Source of the DNA: Carpediemonas membranifera BICM
Taxonomy: Eukaryota > Protista > Fornicata
Direction of reading: 5' to 3'
Length of the DNA: 64,000 nt
Assembly: GCA_019828565.1 (NCBI GenBank)
Contig: JAHDYR010000004.1
Span: forward strand, 248,001-312,000
The notes below the pieces were generated by a model. It saw only the letters and a list, made by a program, of their open reading frames with translations. It did not search any database and had not been told where the DNA came from. Position numbers and translations under genes: made by a program. Below, piece after piece: positions 31,001-41,400 of this stretch. Within the stretch, counting starts at the first letter, position 1; every line of letters starts with the position of its first letter.

Positions 31001-31764
31001 GCTCGAGCTCGCGTCGGGGTCGCTCTCGGCGCTGCTGCTCTCGAAGGCCGACCTGCCCTGGGACGCGCGGCTGAAGTTCGCGCGCGACATCGCGGCGGCC
31101 ATGGCGTTCATCGTGGGCGAGGGCTACGAGCACAGGGACCTCAAGTCGCTCAACGTCCTCATCACTGGCTCCACAGCAAACCTTAGCGACTTCGGGCTGA
31201 CCGCGCGCGACATCCCGTACCGCCAGGAGCGCCTCGGGCTCGACGCCATCCGCGCGCACGTGCGGGCTGGCTACCGGCCGATGATCCCCGCGGGCACGCC
31301 GGCGGCCGTGGGCGAGCTGATCCGCCGCTGCGTGGCGCCCGACCCGCGCGACCGCCCCACCTTCGCGGAGGTCGTCGCCGCGCTGCCCGACAGCGCCTCG
31401 ACCGAGATGTACACGGAGAGCTCCGTGCGCAACCACGAGGTCGGCACCTTCGCGAACGCCAGCGCCCCCGGCATGATGACGCTCGGCGAGGGCCAGCCCG
31501 CGATCATCGGGACCGTCGGGCAGACGTTTGGTAACGCCAGCGCGCCCTGGATGACGCTGTCCGAAGACGAGAGAGCAGCCGCGCTCGCCGCGATGGGCAC
31601 GGTCACCGCGACATACCGCACGAACGCGCCCAGCGCCCCGGGCCTGCGCACGCTGAACGACATGTATAGGTAAAGAGATTGGTTAGCTCAGCATTTACAC
31701 CCGCCCCGACCCATCGCCAGTCCTCCTCCGTCACAGGCCCGGGCCGGACCTCCGTCGCCCGCCT
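28047..31764 (+). repeat. Segmental duplication unit B
   Basis: Direct copy of unit A. The 3' flank shares about 30 extra bp (ggcccgggccggacctccgtcgcccgcct) with unit C. Confidence 0.9.
28299..31673 (+). CDS. WD40-ankyrin-TKL kinase, paralogue B (one propeller; in-frame 43-aa kinase deletion)
   Basis: Near-identical to paralogue A outside the propeller. DFGLTA is fused to RDIPY, losing the activation loop, APE and DVYAFG. Confidence 0.88.
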   Translation: MDLNNGASSPRISRSSECRAVDHMIRDATTRIFAPEDKLHINPIGSSPLTATDLSRVLDHLSTLDVLPREFSMRLTEPDITVTMRYGKLAADKPDSAVDDLLAAWHARMAECIQTMKGHTDAVFSVAFLPDGTMVTGSWDATTKLWGKRGVCTTTMEHGGSVRCIAVSPDGSTIASGGSDCKIKLWRRGRLVKTLEGHTNNVNSLAFSRDGKTLVSGSFDKTVRSWDVATGECRTMEEHSDWVRSVAISPDGKTIVSGSRDDTIKVWVAESGRLEQTLEGHTDSVNAVAISPDGALLASGSCDHTIRLWDTRTWECVTVLRGHASFVNSVAFSPDGRTLASGSDDNTVKLWSIGSGECFETLRGHDDWVNSVVFSPDGSTLLSGSDDKTAKQWHIKHSPEIKEVCAQPTLGADIRLLSDDSPLYLADLAWVVIHILATGLPRSFEMRLAHPECTVSLGPTGFTTSQAADVEALLELLNRHLVMQKLLAETRALNAVDEALYVAADLSDAKRLLAAAGPHATQHEARVLALRTDLARLQPVQALAKDPMPALKGRVKEALERSDELHAHIISGDVGKMRSKTLLRDKLFGPVVLNCLDRERRSPLHSAFVHDQPQAFAALLKAGCLLDDAFPDGHPLLAAVAKPPMLAAMLAARVDIDTVSRNTTALVVAIQGGHWDSATKLLARGADPLLPPVGVNALQAVKGVADPLMAGVIRAAINDALTKQLSDAIMQGDTAAVKRLLAAGVSANGVEGKMPPLFAAVKAGNFDIVSLLLKHGADRAATYKGKTAAQRVKKGSNLQFLLQSQAEPARVNYDLNADITKPAGSIAFSQADLIGEGGMAAVFRGTYGGSECAVKVVARADLNAMQADRLQSEIFIHKQLRHSNVIALYALEQDNREIRLALELASGSLSALLLSKADLPWDARLKFARDIAAAMAFIVGEGYEHRDLKSLNVLITGSTANLSDFGLTARDIPYRQERLGLDAIRAHVRAGYRPMIPAGTPAAVGELIRRCVAPDPRDRPTFAEVVAALPDSASTEMYTESSVRNHEVGTFANASAPGMMTLGEGQPAIIGTVGQTFGNASAPWMTLSEDERAAALAAMGTVTATYRTNAPSAPGLRTLNDMYR

Positions 31765-31897
31765 AAAATGCTGTAAAATGTAGCTCTGAATGTTCAGAAG
31801 CGCTATCGTCCTGTAAGTAAGTGTGCTGAGTGGCATGCTTCAATTATGATCGATATTTACCGAAGCTGGGAACTGTTTCGCTTCCGATATACTTCAC

Positions 31898-32848
31898 TTA
31901 GGCGAGGGGCATGTAGGTGCGGGCGGCGCACATGCCGGTCAGGCCGACCCAGAGGGAGCGCTCGATGTCGTTGATGAGGGAGGACGCGCCGATGCGGAAG
32001 TAGTTGCTGTTGAGCCACTCTACACCGAGCTCCTCGCGGATGAGCGACAGCCAGACGAGGGCGGTCGCGGCGTCGTTAATGCCGCCGGCGGCCTTGAAGC
32101 CGACCATGTGGCCGGTGAGCTCGTAGTACTCGCGGATCTGGCGCACCATGGTCATGCCGATGGGGAAGGTGGCGTTGACCTCCTCCATGCCGGTCGACGT
32201 CTTGATGAAGTCGGCGCCGGCCATCATAGCGATCATGGAGGCCTTGGCGAGGTGGGTGAGGGTGGGCAGCTCGCCCGCGGCCATGATGACCTTGAGGGAA
32301 GCAGCGCCGCAGGCCTCACGGAAGGCGCGAATCTCGTCGTAGAGCTCGGTCCACTGGGCGAGGGCGACCTTGTCGCGGGAGATGACGACGTCGATCTCCT
32401 CGGCGCCATCGACGACAGCCTGACGGATCTCCTCGAGCTTGACCTTGAGGGAGGTCTGGCCGGAGGGGAAGCCCGTGGCGACGGACGCGACGGGGATGCC
32501 GGTGCCCTTGAGCGCGCGGACGGCGTCCTTGACGCGGGCGGGGTAGACGCAGACGGCGGCGGCTGTGAGGTCGGACTTGCCGAGCTTCTTGATCATGTCC
32601 TGGCGCACAGGCATCTTGGCCTTCTCGCAGAGGCGGAACACGCGCATCGGGGTGTCGTTGCCCTTGAGCGTGGTGAGATCCATGCAGCTGATGGCACGCA
32701 TAAGCCAGGCAAGTTGATGGTCACCAGTAACAATGCGACGAGTGCCGAGCTCGCCGCATCTGCGAACAGTAGCGGACTTGTTGACAACGATGGCGTTGAT
32801 GAGGCCCATATCGAGGGGCATGCCGGGATTGCGCTCTTGCTGAACCAT
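31898..32848 (-). CDS. DERA: Deoxyribose-phosphate aldolase
   Basis: DLTTLKGNDT, AAVCVYP, VATGFPSGQ, GAEEIDVVI, FIKTSTG, GFKAAGG, RIGASSL. ATG 32848 (MVQQERNPG) matches the eukaryotic DERA N-terminus. Confidence 0.95.
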   Translation of the reverse strand: MVQQERNPGMPLDMGLINAIVVNKSATVRRCGELGTRRIVTGDHQLAWLMRAISCMDLTTLKGNDTPMRVFRLCEKAKMPVRQDMIKKLGKSDLTAAAVCVYPARVKDAVRALKGTGIPVASVATGFPSGQTSLKVKLEEIRQAVVDGAEEIDVVISRDKVALAQWTELYDEIRAFREACGAASLKVIMAAGELPTLTHLAKASMIAMMAGADFIKTSTGMEEVNATFPIGMTMVRQIREYYELTGHMVGFKAAGGINDAATALVWLSLIREELGVEWLNSNYFRIGASSLINDIERSLWVGLTGMCAARTYMPLA

Positions 32849-33145
32849 TTCTATCCTTATGAAGGGAACTGCTAGCTCTGCTTGCGATTCGCCATTGCTT
32901 CGGTTGGAAACGCTTGCGATCGCATCACCGCGATCAGACCAAATCCAGAGTAACTGCGGAAGATTGAGACAAATCAGGCTCGTTATCCGTGCCATGTTGG
33001 GTCGATAAAGGCTGGCTGCGAGCGTCAAGTCGATCATCGAATCCGATCAAGATTTGATCTCGTCAATTCGAAGAACTGAACAAATCCGCCAAAGAGATTC
33101 TCCCGATCAAATGTACACCCGTGCATTGACTATAATTTAGCAACA

Positions 33146-34501
33146 TCAGGCTGCATTGGCCTCCTCATCGCTCGACCGTTCGGCCACGAGATCGTCGGCG
33201 GCATCATCACCAACACCCTCACCAACACCGTCGTACCTCGATTCATCACTGCTGCTGCTGTCCTCCTCGGCTTCCCTGGCCTGGTTGTCGACGATACTGG
33301 CAGCGTTGGCCACAAACGACCAGCCCGGGAACAAGCTCATGAATAATGACCCGAGAATACTGGTCTGGCTAACCCTGAAGGGCACCATGTCCCAGGCCAG
33401 GGAGGCCAGGGTATACGAACCCTCCCTGTCGACTACATGAACGGAAAACAGTGCCATGTAAACGATAAATCCGATAAACATGCCAAGAACAGCCAGGGGA
33501 TGGGTCAGTAGGAACGATGAGAACACGATGAGGAGGAACACCAGTCTCATTGGCAGCCGCATCATGAGCGTGTGCCGCATCCATCGGCTGGCCAGCGCGG
33601 TCTCAACAGCGAGAGGCCGCTGGGTGAGACGGATCCTGATCTGTGTCGTAGGCCGGCCGCGGCTGCGAGTGTGAGTCTGCTCGACGTGCCTTGTGTGCTG
33701 CGTGTGGCGGTCTGCGTGCGGTCTGCGGGGCGGTCTAGCTACTACGTCTGCTCCGCCCCGTTCCAGCGGCACCTGGTGAGGGGGCAGGTGCGCGCTGTTG
33801 GCTATGGCTGCCTCTGTGCGGCGGGCCCTGTCCTCTGGGTTCTGGTGCCGGCTCTCAGCGGTGAACAGCGACATTGGGCGGTACTGCATGCCATTAGCCT
33901 GCAAACCACCAGGTCTACGCGTCGCACGTACCGATCTCATGTAATCAAACGCGGCTTGGTTGAACAGAGCTCTCTGGTGGCCGAGCCACTCGATATACTC
34001 CTCGGCATGTGCTGGGTCGATCGGGGTAATGGGGTGGGCATTGGGGCCATAAGCCATGGGCCGCCTGATGCTGCTTGCGGGCACGAGGCGACGGATGGGC
34101 GCGGCACCTTCCATGCGAGCGGTGGAAGCGGGCGCATGTTCCGGCGACTGGGGATCAGCGCGGAGGGGGGCCGGAGTGCGTTGGACTGGGGCCATGGAGG
34201 GGGGTGCTTCGGCCCGAGCAGGGGTGCGGGGCGGTGGTGAAGTGGGATAGAAGCGGGGAGATGTGGTAATGCGGTCACCGTCGGAGAAACCAAAGGATTT
34301 GAGGGTTTTGTTACCGAAGAGGATACATCCACCATACATCATGTGGAAATCAGTGATGTTGGCGGCCTCAAGGACATCGTTTTCACGGAATCTCTGGGTA
34401 ACAAGCTCACGAAGGGTTTCGATGTTGATGTTGTCCTCCACGTCATCAAGCTCGAATACCTCAGCCTTATTTTGGTCAGGATGGGCGACAACGATCTTCA
34501 T
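33146..34501 (-). CDS. Ubiquitin-like domain membrane protein (HERP/TMUB-like architecture)
   Basis: N-terminal UBL (IETLRELV...MMYGGCILFGNKTLKSFGFSDGDRI), Pro-rich linker, C-terminal hydrophobic hairpin with F.SL.P. Confidence 0.6.
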   Translation of the reverse strand: MKIVVAHPDQNKAEVFELDDVEDNINIETLRELVTQRFRENDVLEAANITDFHMMYGGCILFGNKTLKSFGFSDGDRITTSPRFYPTSPPPRTPARAEAPPSMAPVQRTPAPLRADPQSPEHAPASTARMEGAAPIRRLVPASSIRRPMAYGPNAHPITPIDPAHAEEYIEWLGHQRALFNQAAFDYMRSVRATRRPGGLQANGMQYRPMSLFTAESRHQNPEDRARRTEAAIANSAHLPPHQVPLERGGADVVARPPRRPHADRHTQHTRHVEQTHTRSRGRPTTQIRIRLTQRPLAVETALASRWMRHTLMMRLPMRLVFLLIVFSSFLLTHPLAVLGMFIGFIVYMALFSVHVVDREGSYTLASLAWDMVPFRVSQTSILGSLFMSLFPGWSFVANAASIVDNQAREAEEDSSSSDESRYDGVGEGVGDDAADDLVAERSSDEEANAA

Positions 34502-34729
34502 TTGGCTGGATCGGTCCGATGTGCTCGGGTGAAAACGCAGGCTTACCGAGTGCCTCAATACCAGGTGATGCTGGTGTTTGTATGTCCTTCACAGCAGCGC
34601 ACAGTCACATCCGCAGGCTATATGCAGGGTTTTCCCCGAAATTCGGGCGTCCTTCCCTTCTAGTTGGGTTGGGTGCCCGCCGCCATCATTCACTTGAAGA
34701 GCACAACTGCTCCATTTATAATACACCCT

Positions 34730-35881
34730 TCAGTTCCAGCCCCCCTCTCTGGCATCTACCAGCTCCCCCAGCGCCTTGGCCAAGTCCTCATCAAGCCCAC
34801 TCGCCCCAGTCTCGCTGGCCCCCTGGATGAACGCGAGGGTCAGCCACGACTGCTCCCATCGCCTGGCGTTCTCAGTGTTCTGTCGCACCACACCGCGGTA
34901 CTTCTCCTGCTTCTCTATGGCCTGCTTCCGTGTGATATGCGGTTGTCCGTGGAAGAACTTCTTGGACAGGTGCATTGCTGCTGCACTCAACTCCAATCGG
35001 GTAGTAGCCAGCTCTGTGTTGCTATGCGCCTCGAGAGCGTCGACCATGTTCTTCTGCGCCCTCTCAAACGTTGCCACGGCTCGGTCCAGGGCTTGGCTCA
35101 CATTGGCACTGAGGGCATCCTGGGCCTGGAAGCGGTCAATAAATGGTCCAACGATCTTCAGTAGATCGACCAGGATCCATAAATAACTGGATTTCGACTC
35201 AAACTCCCAGGGTGAGGCGGCTGTTTCGATCGATTGGACAAGACGCCCGACAAGACTGGAGATGACATGCCGCGAGATGATGCTAAACCGAGACATCGTG
35301 GCTAGGTGACCGATGAAACAGGCGTTGTTGCGCGCCTTCCCGAGAGGGGGCGGGTCGGCTTCAAACACCCTCATAAAAGCAGCTTGGACGCGGGACACGA
35401 CCACACGTTTCGTCCACCGCCTCACAGCCTGTGGGTCAGGGTCAGCGCCGTGTTTCCCCCTCACTGCATGGGCGAACACGCTTTCATCCAACAGTTGAAC
35501 GACTATCTCGGCACACAGACGGGCACTGGAGGCTCGAGACATGGCCAGGATATGGATATGGTCCACAATGGCTTCAAAGCATCTTGCCATGGCTTCCGCG
35601 GACTCGGTATGGTCCCGTCGTAGCAGGCCGACGAGTGATTGGACGAGCGCGGGATCGTCTCGTCTTGCTCGGACTATGCAAGTGAGAATGGCCTTGCAGT
35701 CATCTACAAAGGGCTTCATTGCGATGTTGATGTCATTAGTGTTTGTTTCCGGTTGTGTTAGAGCTGCCGGCTTCCAGGTAATACCCGAATCGAAGATACT
35801 CACCTGGTTCTTCGCACTTGGCATCTCTTGATCGCGCAGTACATCCTCATTTGAGAGGTACTGCTGATCATCCACCTCCAT
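34730..35881 (-). CDS. MIF4G domain-containing protein
   Basis: HEAT-like pattern VDHIHILAM...RLCAEIV...VVSRVQAAF...RNNACFIGHL...IISRHVISSLVGRLV. Confidence 0.55.
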   Translation of the reverse strand: MEVDDQQYLSNEDVLRDQEMPSAKNQVSIFDSGITWKPAALTQPETNTNDINIAMKPFVDDCKAILTCIVRARRDDPALVQSLVGLLRRDHTESAEAMARCFEAIVDHIHILAMSRASSARLCAEIVVQLLDESVFAHAVRGKHGADPDPQAVRRWTKRVVVSRVQAAFMRVFEADPPPLGKARNNACFIGHLATMSRFSIISRHVISSLVGRLVQSIETAASPWEFESKSSYLWILVDLLKIVGPFIDRFQAQDALSANVSQALDRAVATFERAQKNMVDALEAHSNTELATTRLELSAAAMHLSKKFFHGQPHITRKQAIEKQEKYRGVVRQNTENARRWEQSWLTLAFIQGASETGASGLDEDLAKALGELVDAREGGWN

Positions 35882-36150
35882 GTGCCCAATGATCACTGTA
35901 ATTTAGATCACGGCGTGTCATCCTTGTCGAGTCGACGCAAGGTCGCACCATCAGGGAAGAAATCGTTGGGAGAATGCCAGGAGTGTGTCTAGAGTGTCGC
36001 TGAACCGATAGCATGGGTCACCGCAGCTTCCATCGCGGAACACAGTCAAGTGTGTAAAACTGCGCGACACGATCATTTGCAACGACATGCTCACTCACGC
36101 GGATGCACACATCATTGCGGCAATTGCATCCCACCGCTTCTATCCATCAC

Positions 36151-37395
36151 TCAGCCTGCGAGCGGGTGCCGCGCCCTGATCGCCTCCAGACTGATCCTAG
36201 CCGTCCCCACAGCACTGACGATGTCCTGGGCCATGCGGACCTTGTCGGGGTCAACCTGCTCGGGACTTCTCACAGCACCGCGGTCAGCACTCGCCCAGCC
36301 AGCCACGCGGCCGGTCGACTCAGCGCTAGCCACACCGCGGTCCTCATAAATTGTCCCTCGGTAGTCTGGCACCCCGCCCGGCCCCCAGTCAGGGCTGGGC
36401 ACGGGCACGGGGTCCTCGTCCTCGGCTTCATCCCCACTCAACCCGACCGCCGCCTCCTGCTCGTCCGAACCATCGGATACCACAGCCTCCTGGGCCACAG
36501 TCCCTCGGCTGGGGCGGGTACTAGGCCCCTTGCTGCGGACACCGGCCCATCGCCTGACCCCAAGCCTGGTCTCGGGTCGGCCTTCCGCAGGGAGCGGGGC
36601 AGGACTCCCGTCTGACAGCCGGCCGTTGTCATCGAACTCGGACCCCTCGGGGTCACCCTCCTCCTCATCGTCCTGGTCATCGCTAGGGTACATAGGGTAG
36701 CCCTCACCCTGCCCACCGAGCTCCTCTGTCGTCAGGGGCGTCTCTCCTTCATCCTCGCTCCTGCTCCTGTTGAGGGAACTCGTGGCGATCTCCTCCCAGA
36801 CTCCCCAGGTCCTCTGGCCCGATACTGTCAATGGAATGGACTGGGGCGAGTTGTTGTCCTCAGGGTAGACGTAGCCGTCGCCGACCTGCTCTTCATAGCC
36901 CTCCTCTTCCTCCTCCTCGTCATATCCTGGTTCATGTGCCCTTTCGGTCAGACGACGATAGGTGGCATTACGCCAGCCGTGCATGATTGAGCTGAGCGTG
37001 TTTCTCTCCCTGTATAGCGCTAGGGCGTCTGCTTCGATGCGAAGCTGCGAATTTTCGAACAAAGCGATGAAGGAAATCTTCAGCAAAAGCTTTCGTACGA
37101 GCTCCTCTATAAGCTTGATCTTGAACTCAGTACCATCCCAACCAGATACATACTTGAGTTTCTGGGGAGATCCGAATGTGAAGCGGTATTGGCTGTGCTG
37201 AGGCAGCGGCGATACCGTACGACGGCCTTTGACATGCTCGCGAATATGAAAGAGCCGATACTGCCGTTGGAGCTCATTTGTATGAGTATGAAGCCGTTCA
37301 ATGAGTTCCTCGATCTCACGTGTCATTGATCGAGTACTGTTCTTTTGAAGTACCATAGAGTGCACAGTAGCAAGCACTGCGTCTCTCCACTTCAA
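36151..37395 (-). CDS. Hypothetical protein (basic helical N-half, acidic C-half)
   Basis: 414-codon open frame. Start uncertain; it abuts the 3' end of the Fanzor-like ORF. Confidence 0.55.
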   Translation of the reverse strand: MKWRDAVLATVHSMVLQKNSTRSMTREIEELIERLHTHTNELQRQYRLFHIREHVKGRRTVSPLPQHSQYRFTFGSPQKLKYVSGWDGTEFKIKLIEELVRKLLLKISFIALFENSQLRIEADALALYRERNTLSSIMHGWRNATYRRLTERAHEPGYDEEEEEEGYEEQVGDGYVYPEDNNSPQSIPLTVSGQRTWGVWEEIATSSLNRSRSEDEGETPLTTEELGGQGEGYPMYPSDDQDDEEEGDPEGSEFDDNGRLSDGSPAPLPAEGRPETRLGVRRWAGVRSKGPSTRPSRGTVAQEAVVSDGSDEQEAAVGLSGDEAEDEDPVPVPSPDWGPGGVPDYRGTIYEDRGVASAESTGRVAGWASADRGAVRSPEQVDPDKVRMAQDIVSAVGTARISLEAIRARHPLAG

Positions 37396-37417
37396 TTAGC
37401 TTGCCCGGAGGCGAAGA

Positions 37418-38161
37418 CTAGCGGCTGGTTAGCCGTAATTGGTGTATTGGGGTTATAGTTGGGAAGACGGGCTGGATTTCTGAAAGCACTGGCTTGTTAT
37501 ATGCATCCGTCATGAGGCCGCAATCCAAGATGTTCTGTGCAGCAGTCTTGTCTCTGTGGGAGAGATTGAGCCAAGTGGATGTAGTAGGATCGGAATTGAG
37601 GCGTTGCTGTCTGTACCATGGAGCACCTTGACAATTCGGGTTGTGGCATCGCATCGTGCGCCTCGTGTAGCGAGTTCTACGGAACCTCGCGCGGCAGAAG
37701 GGGCAGACGAGTGAGGTTCGGAACTCGTTAGTCATCCGCACTTCAGCAGTGATGTTGAAAGCTCTCATGATGTGTGGTAGTAAGGTAGCAAAGCGACCAT
37801 ACGGCGCGCATGGATGCACCCGATGGGGCGTCTTGAATCTAGCGCTTCCGTAGAAGACAACCAGCCTGGTGGGGGCTGCCCGGGGAGGGGCAATACTGCG
37901 AGGGAGTCGCCGAGGAGTCCATCCTAGGGTGCGAGCAAGCTGCTCCCCAGCTCTGTGGAAGTGCTTTTGACGCAAGATGTGGTTCGTCAGGCGCACTCTG
38001 CGGAAGCTCTTGACCATCCCAGCGTCGAATATTTCCTGCTCGTGGAGGAGCACAAACCTAATCGAGTTTTGTAGACTATCTAGATTTGTACTTTTGAATG
38101 AAGCAGGAGTCATATCGAACGCGAAGCTGGGGGTCTTGGTGTACCCACACTTCGGGACCAA
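37418..38161 (-). mobile_element. Fanzor (eukaryotic TnpB-derived) nuclease fragment 1, N-terminally truncated
   Basis: S.KS..L...IRF....FRRVRLTNHILRQK (bridge-helix region), VVFYG, TNEFRTS (Fanzor1-type RuvC-II Glu), CPFC...CHNPNC zinc finger, HRDKTAAQNIL (RuvC-III). RuvC-I not found. Confidence 0.8.
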
Positions 38162-38264
38162 TAATATATATGGCCGACAGACGCATCTTTTCGTGCAGAC
38201 CGACGACTGAAAGCACGAAAGCCAGATGGTACAGACGAGGGCTGAAGTGGGTGAGTGGAGGTAG

Positions 38265-38290
38265 TGTGCCGCGCAGGATTAGAATTGTTG
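38265..38290 (+). repeat. 26-bp perfect inverted repeat, left arm
   Basis: TGTGCCGCGCAGGATTAGAATTGTTG is the reverse complement of 44580-44605. Confidence 0.9.
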
Positions 38291-38498
38291 TCTGACCACT
38301 GTTCTCTTGCCGTATCCTGCGAAACCGTCAGATCATGCCCTGCGCACAGCTGGCCAGCAGGGGCGTGTGTGAGGAGGAATCATAATGGACGCATTCCTCG
38401 CCTTGACGCAGACCAACCCGTGTCCGAGCATTGCATGCTTTCATGCCGTTCTTACTGCGCACCCAGCCGAAGCGAATCCTTTATATATATCGGATAGA

Positions 38499-41400
38499 TT
38501 ATTCTATATTCCATTGGTTTCCTCTCAGATCGGTAAAATCTAGAGTGGAGTGGTTCAAAAGCTGTGGGAGGACCACCTCGAAGAAGTACTCCCGCCTAAA
38601 CAGCGTGTTCGAAGTCCGTCCAATGTTCACAAAGTCAAGCGGAACTGCCCCAGGACGATACCCGAGACCTTCGTCCATCTTGTGAACAGCGGCGAGCACA
38701 TCAAATGGGTTGGCCTTGGAGCAGTCGGCCAGGATACCAATGTATCGATAGGCAGCACTATTTTCCGGCAGGATGAGTCGGCTGAGGAGCCAGTTGGTCG
38801 CCCTGTTGGCGGCCGAATACCCCACTACATGCAGTCCCCAGCTTCTCTTGAGGATCTCCCGGTCGACACTCTGCCCGACAACGGCATAGTCGTAGTGGTC
38901 AAAGCCAAGGAGCTCGGTAAACTTCTCCATGGTGTCTGCCTTGGCGCATGACCCGCCCATGACCATCATCGCGGGGATGTCGGTGATCTGGGGAGTGCGG
39001 GGGCCGAGGAAGTAGTCGATGTCGCCGTCCTTCATGATGCGGCGAATGTTGCCGGCCTCGCGGTGGTGGAAGGGCACCTGTTGGGGCAGGGCGCTGAAGG
39101 GGACGACGGCTGCTTGGTTGGGCCGGCCGGTGAGCTTGCCGCGGGCGGGGTCGTTGACGAAGTCGGGGTGGAAGTAGGTCATCTCGGGGACGCCAGCGAG
39201 GGCGGCGTCTGCGGCCTCGACGCCCTGCATGAAGAGATGGTCGATGTTGGCGACCTCATTCTTCCAGCCGCCGAGCCTGCCGCGCGAGAGGATGTCATGC
39301 TCCATAAGCCAAGCCTGTGCGTCCGCGAGGACCTCAGGTGTATCAGTTTCATTCGCTGGGAGGCATGCTTCCCGGAACTCCCGAGAAATAATCTTTGCCC
39401 CATCAGCTATGAATCCACAGCTCCTCAAGAACACCACCGTGCCCTCCACGACCTCGACCTGCTCTCCAGGGTGTCCCTCATGGTCTACGAGCAGGCTGTA
39501 GTGCCCCATGGGCGCCATGCTCTTGCCGTAGTTGCTCAACACGGTCACTCTGCGGATGTTCGGATGATCTGGGACAATAAACCAGTGGGCCTTGAGCAGC
39601 TGAGTCGGGAGAACGCCGCTGACGCCGATGCCGACTGTCTGGACGGTGTTGCACACCATGCGCTGGGCGTAGGCGTTGAAGCGGCGGACGATGGGCTCGG
39701 GCGTGTGCGGGCAGGCGGCGACGAGGCGAAGGAGGCTGGGCAGCAGCATCGTGCTGACGAGCTTGCTGTATGGACGGACGACTGTCTCGTGCGCGTGGCG
39801 GATGGTGACCTTGCGGTTGATCGGGTCGACCGCGACGATCTCGTTGGAATACGAGATGCCGGACTGCTGGTCGGCCGCGAGCCGCGTGAAGAGCTCACCG
39901 CTGCCGCCAATGTGCGGGTAGACGAAGGTCCGGCTGACGTTGGTCTGCTGCGTGACCCACTCGAGCGACGCCGGGACGGCCGCGGCCTCAAAGTCGACCG
40001 CGGTGTCGATGCCGCCGTCCACGAGCCAGGCGACGCGTGTGTGGCGGTCCTGGTCGTGCTCGAGCACAGACGCGAGCAGCCCGTCGAAGTACGCGTAGTG
40101 CGACGTCAGCTCGCGCGGCCCGAAGTCCCACTCGAAGCCGTGCACGTCCTTGTGCGTCGCAGCGATGCCGCCCACGCGATCGGTCGCCTCGTACACCTGG
40201 TAGTTGTCGAACCCGAGCTCCTGCAGCCGGTGCGCCGCCCCGAGACCCGTCGGGCCGGCGCCCACGATGAGGACCGGAGCGTATGTGTAGTAACCGTACC
40301 TGCCAGTCTCCCACGCCCGCCGCGTCTTCTCGATGTTCCCGGGGACGCCGCGGTACTCTGCGAACGTGCCCACGGTGCCGACGATCCCACCGAACTTGTC
40401 AGCTATACCCGAGAGGATGTCTGGGTTGTACGGCGCGGCGGGGACGGCTGAGCCGAGGTAGTCGTACTGCTCGAGCATTACACGGCGGAAGAACTCCTTC
40501 TTCTTGGCCTTGGTGGCCTCGTCGACGACCTTGACGCTCTGGGACCCGCCGTCGAGGTGGGCGACCGGGGTCGAGTCGATAACGCCATACCGGCCCATGC
40601 CGTCCCGGTAGCCGTCCCTGGCGAACATGAAGTCGTAAAGGTAGCCGGTCGACTTGTCGAAGTGGAAGTGCTTGTGGGTGACCCGGCTGTAAAAGGTGCG
40701 GGTGAACGCGGGGATCATGTCCTCGACGAACGTCACGAAGCGGCCCTCGTCGTTGTGGTCGGTCTGTCGCCCCGTGGCCTTGCTACCCCACCAGCCGGGG
40801 GAGTGCGTCATGCCCGGCTGGAACATCTGGAGGTTGTGCTTCTCAGCAATCCGGAGATACTCCATAGGGTCGAACAGCTCGCCACCATGCTTGCCCGGCT
40901 CGGGGTTGAGGTCGATGTCGTCGTCCCACAGGAAGACGTAGTCGTACGCCTCGGCCACGGTGGGGGTGAGGAAGCGGGGGAAGTACCACCACTCGCCCTG
41001 CCGCTTGATGTCGACCCACGTGACCTCGCTGGCCCACGGGAGCTCGGACCAGTCGGAGTTGTCGTAGCGCATGAAGATGAAGTCGAACTGCTCGAGGCCG
41101 AATCGTGTGACGATCTTGTTGATGAGGCGCTTACTATGGCCACCGACCGGAATGGACATGACACAGCGCTTGGGCCCGGGGTGGCTGCTGGCGTCGAGGG
41201 GGATGCCGGGCCACTCCCCGGCAGAGTCAGCGACGGGTCGGATGCGGGTTGGGGGCGGGTTGCGGATGTTGGGCCGGCCGGTGAGCTTGCCGCGGGCGGG
41301 GTCGTTGACGAAGTCGGGGTGGAAGTAGGTCATCTCGGGGACGCCAGCGAGGGCGGCGTCTGCGGCCTCGACGCCCTGCATGAAGAGGTGGTCGATGTTG

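Noticed and set aside
37380-37430. Splice fusion of Fanzor fragment 1 to the downstream 36151-37395 ORF via a GT..CTAAT..AAG segment
   Set aside because: The candidate 29-nt intron has a poor donor and does not preserve the reading frame.
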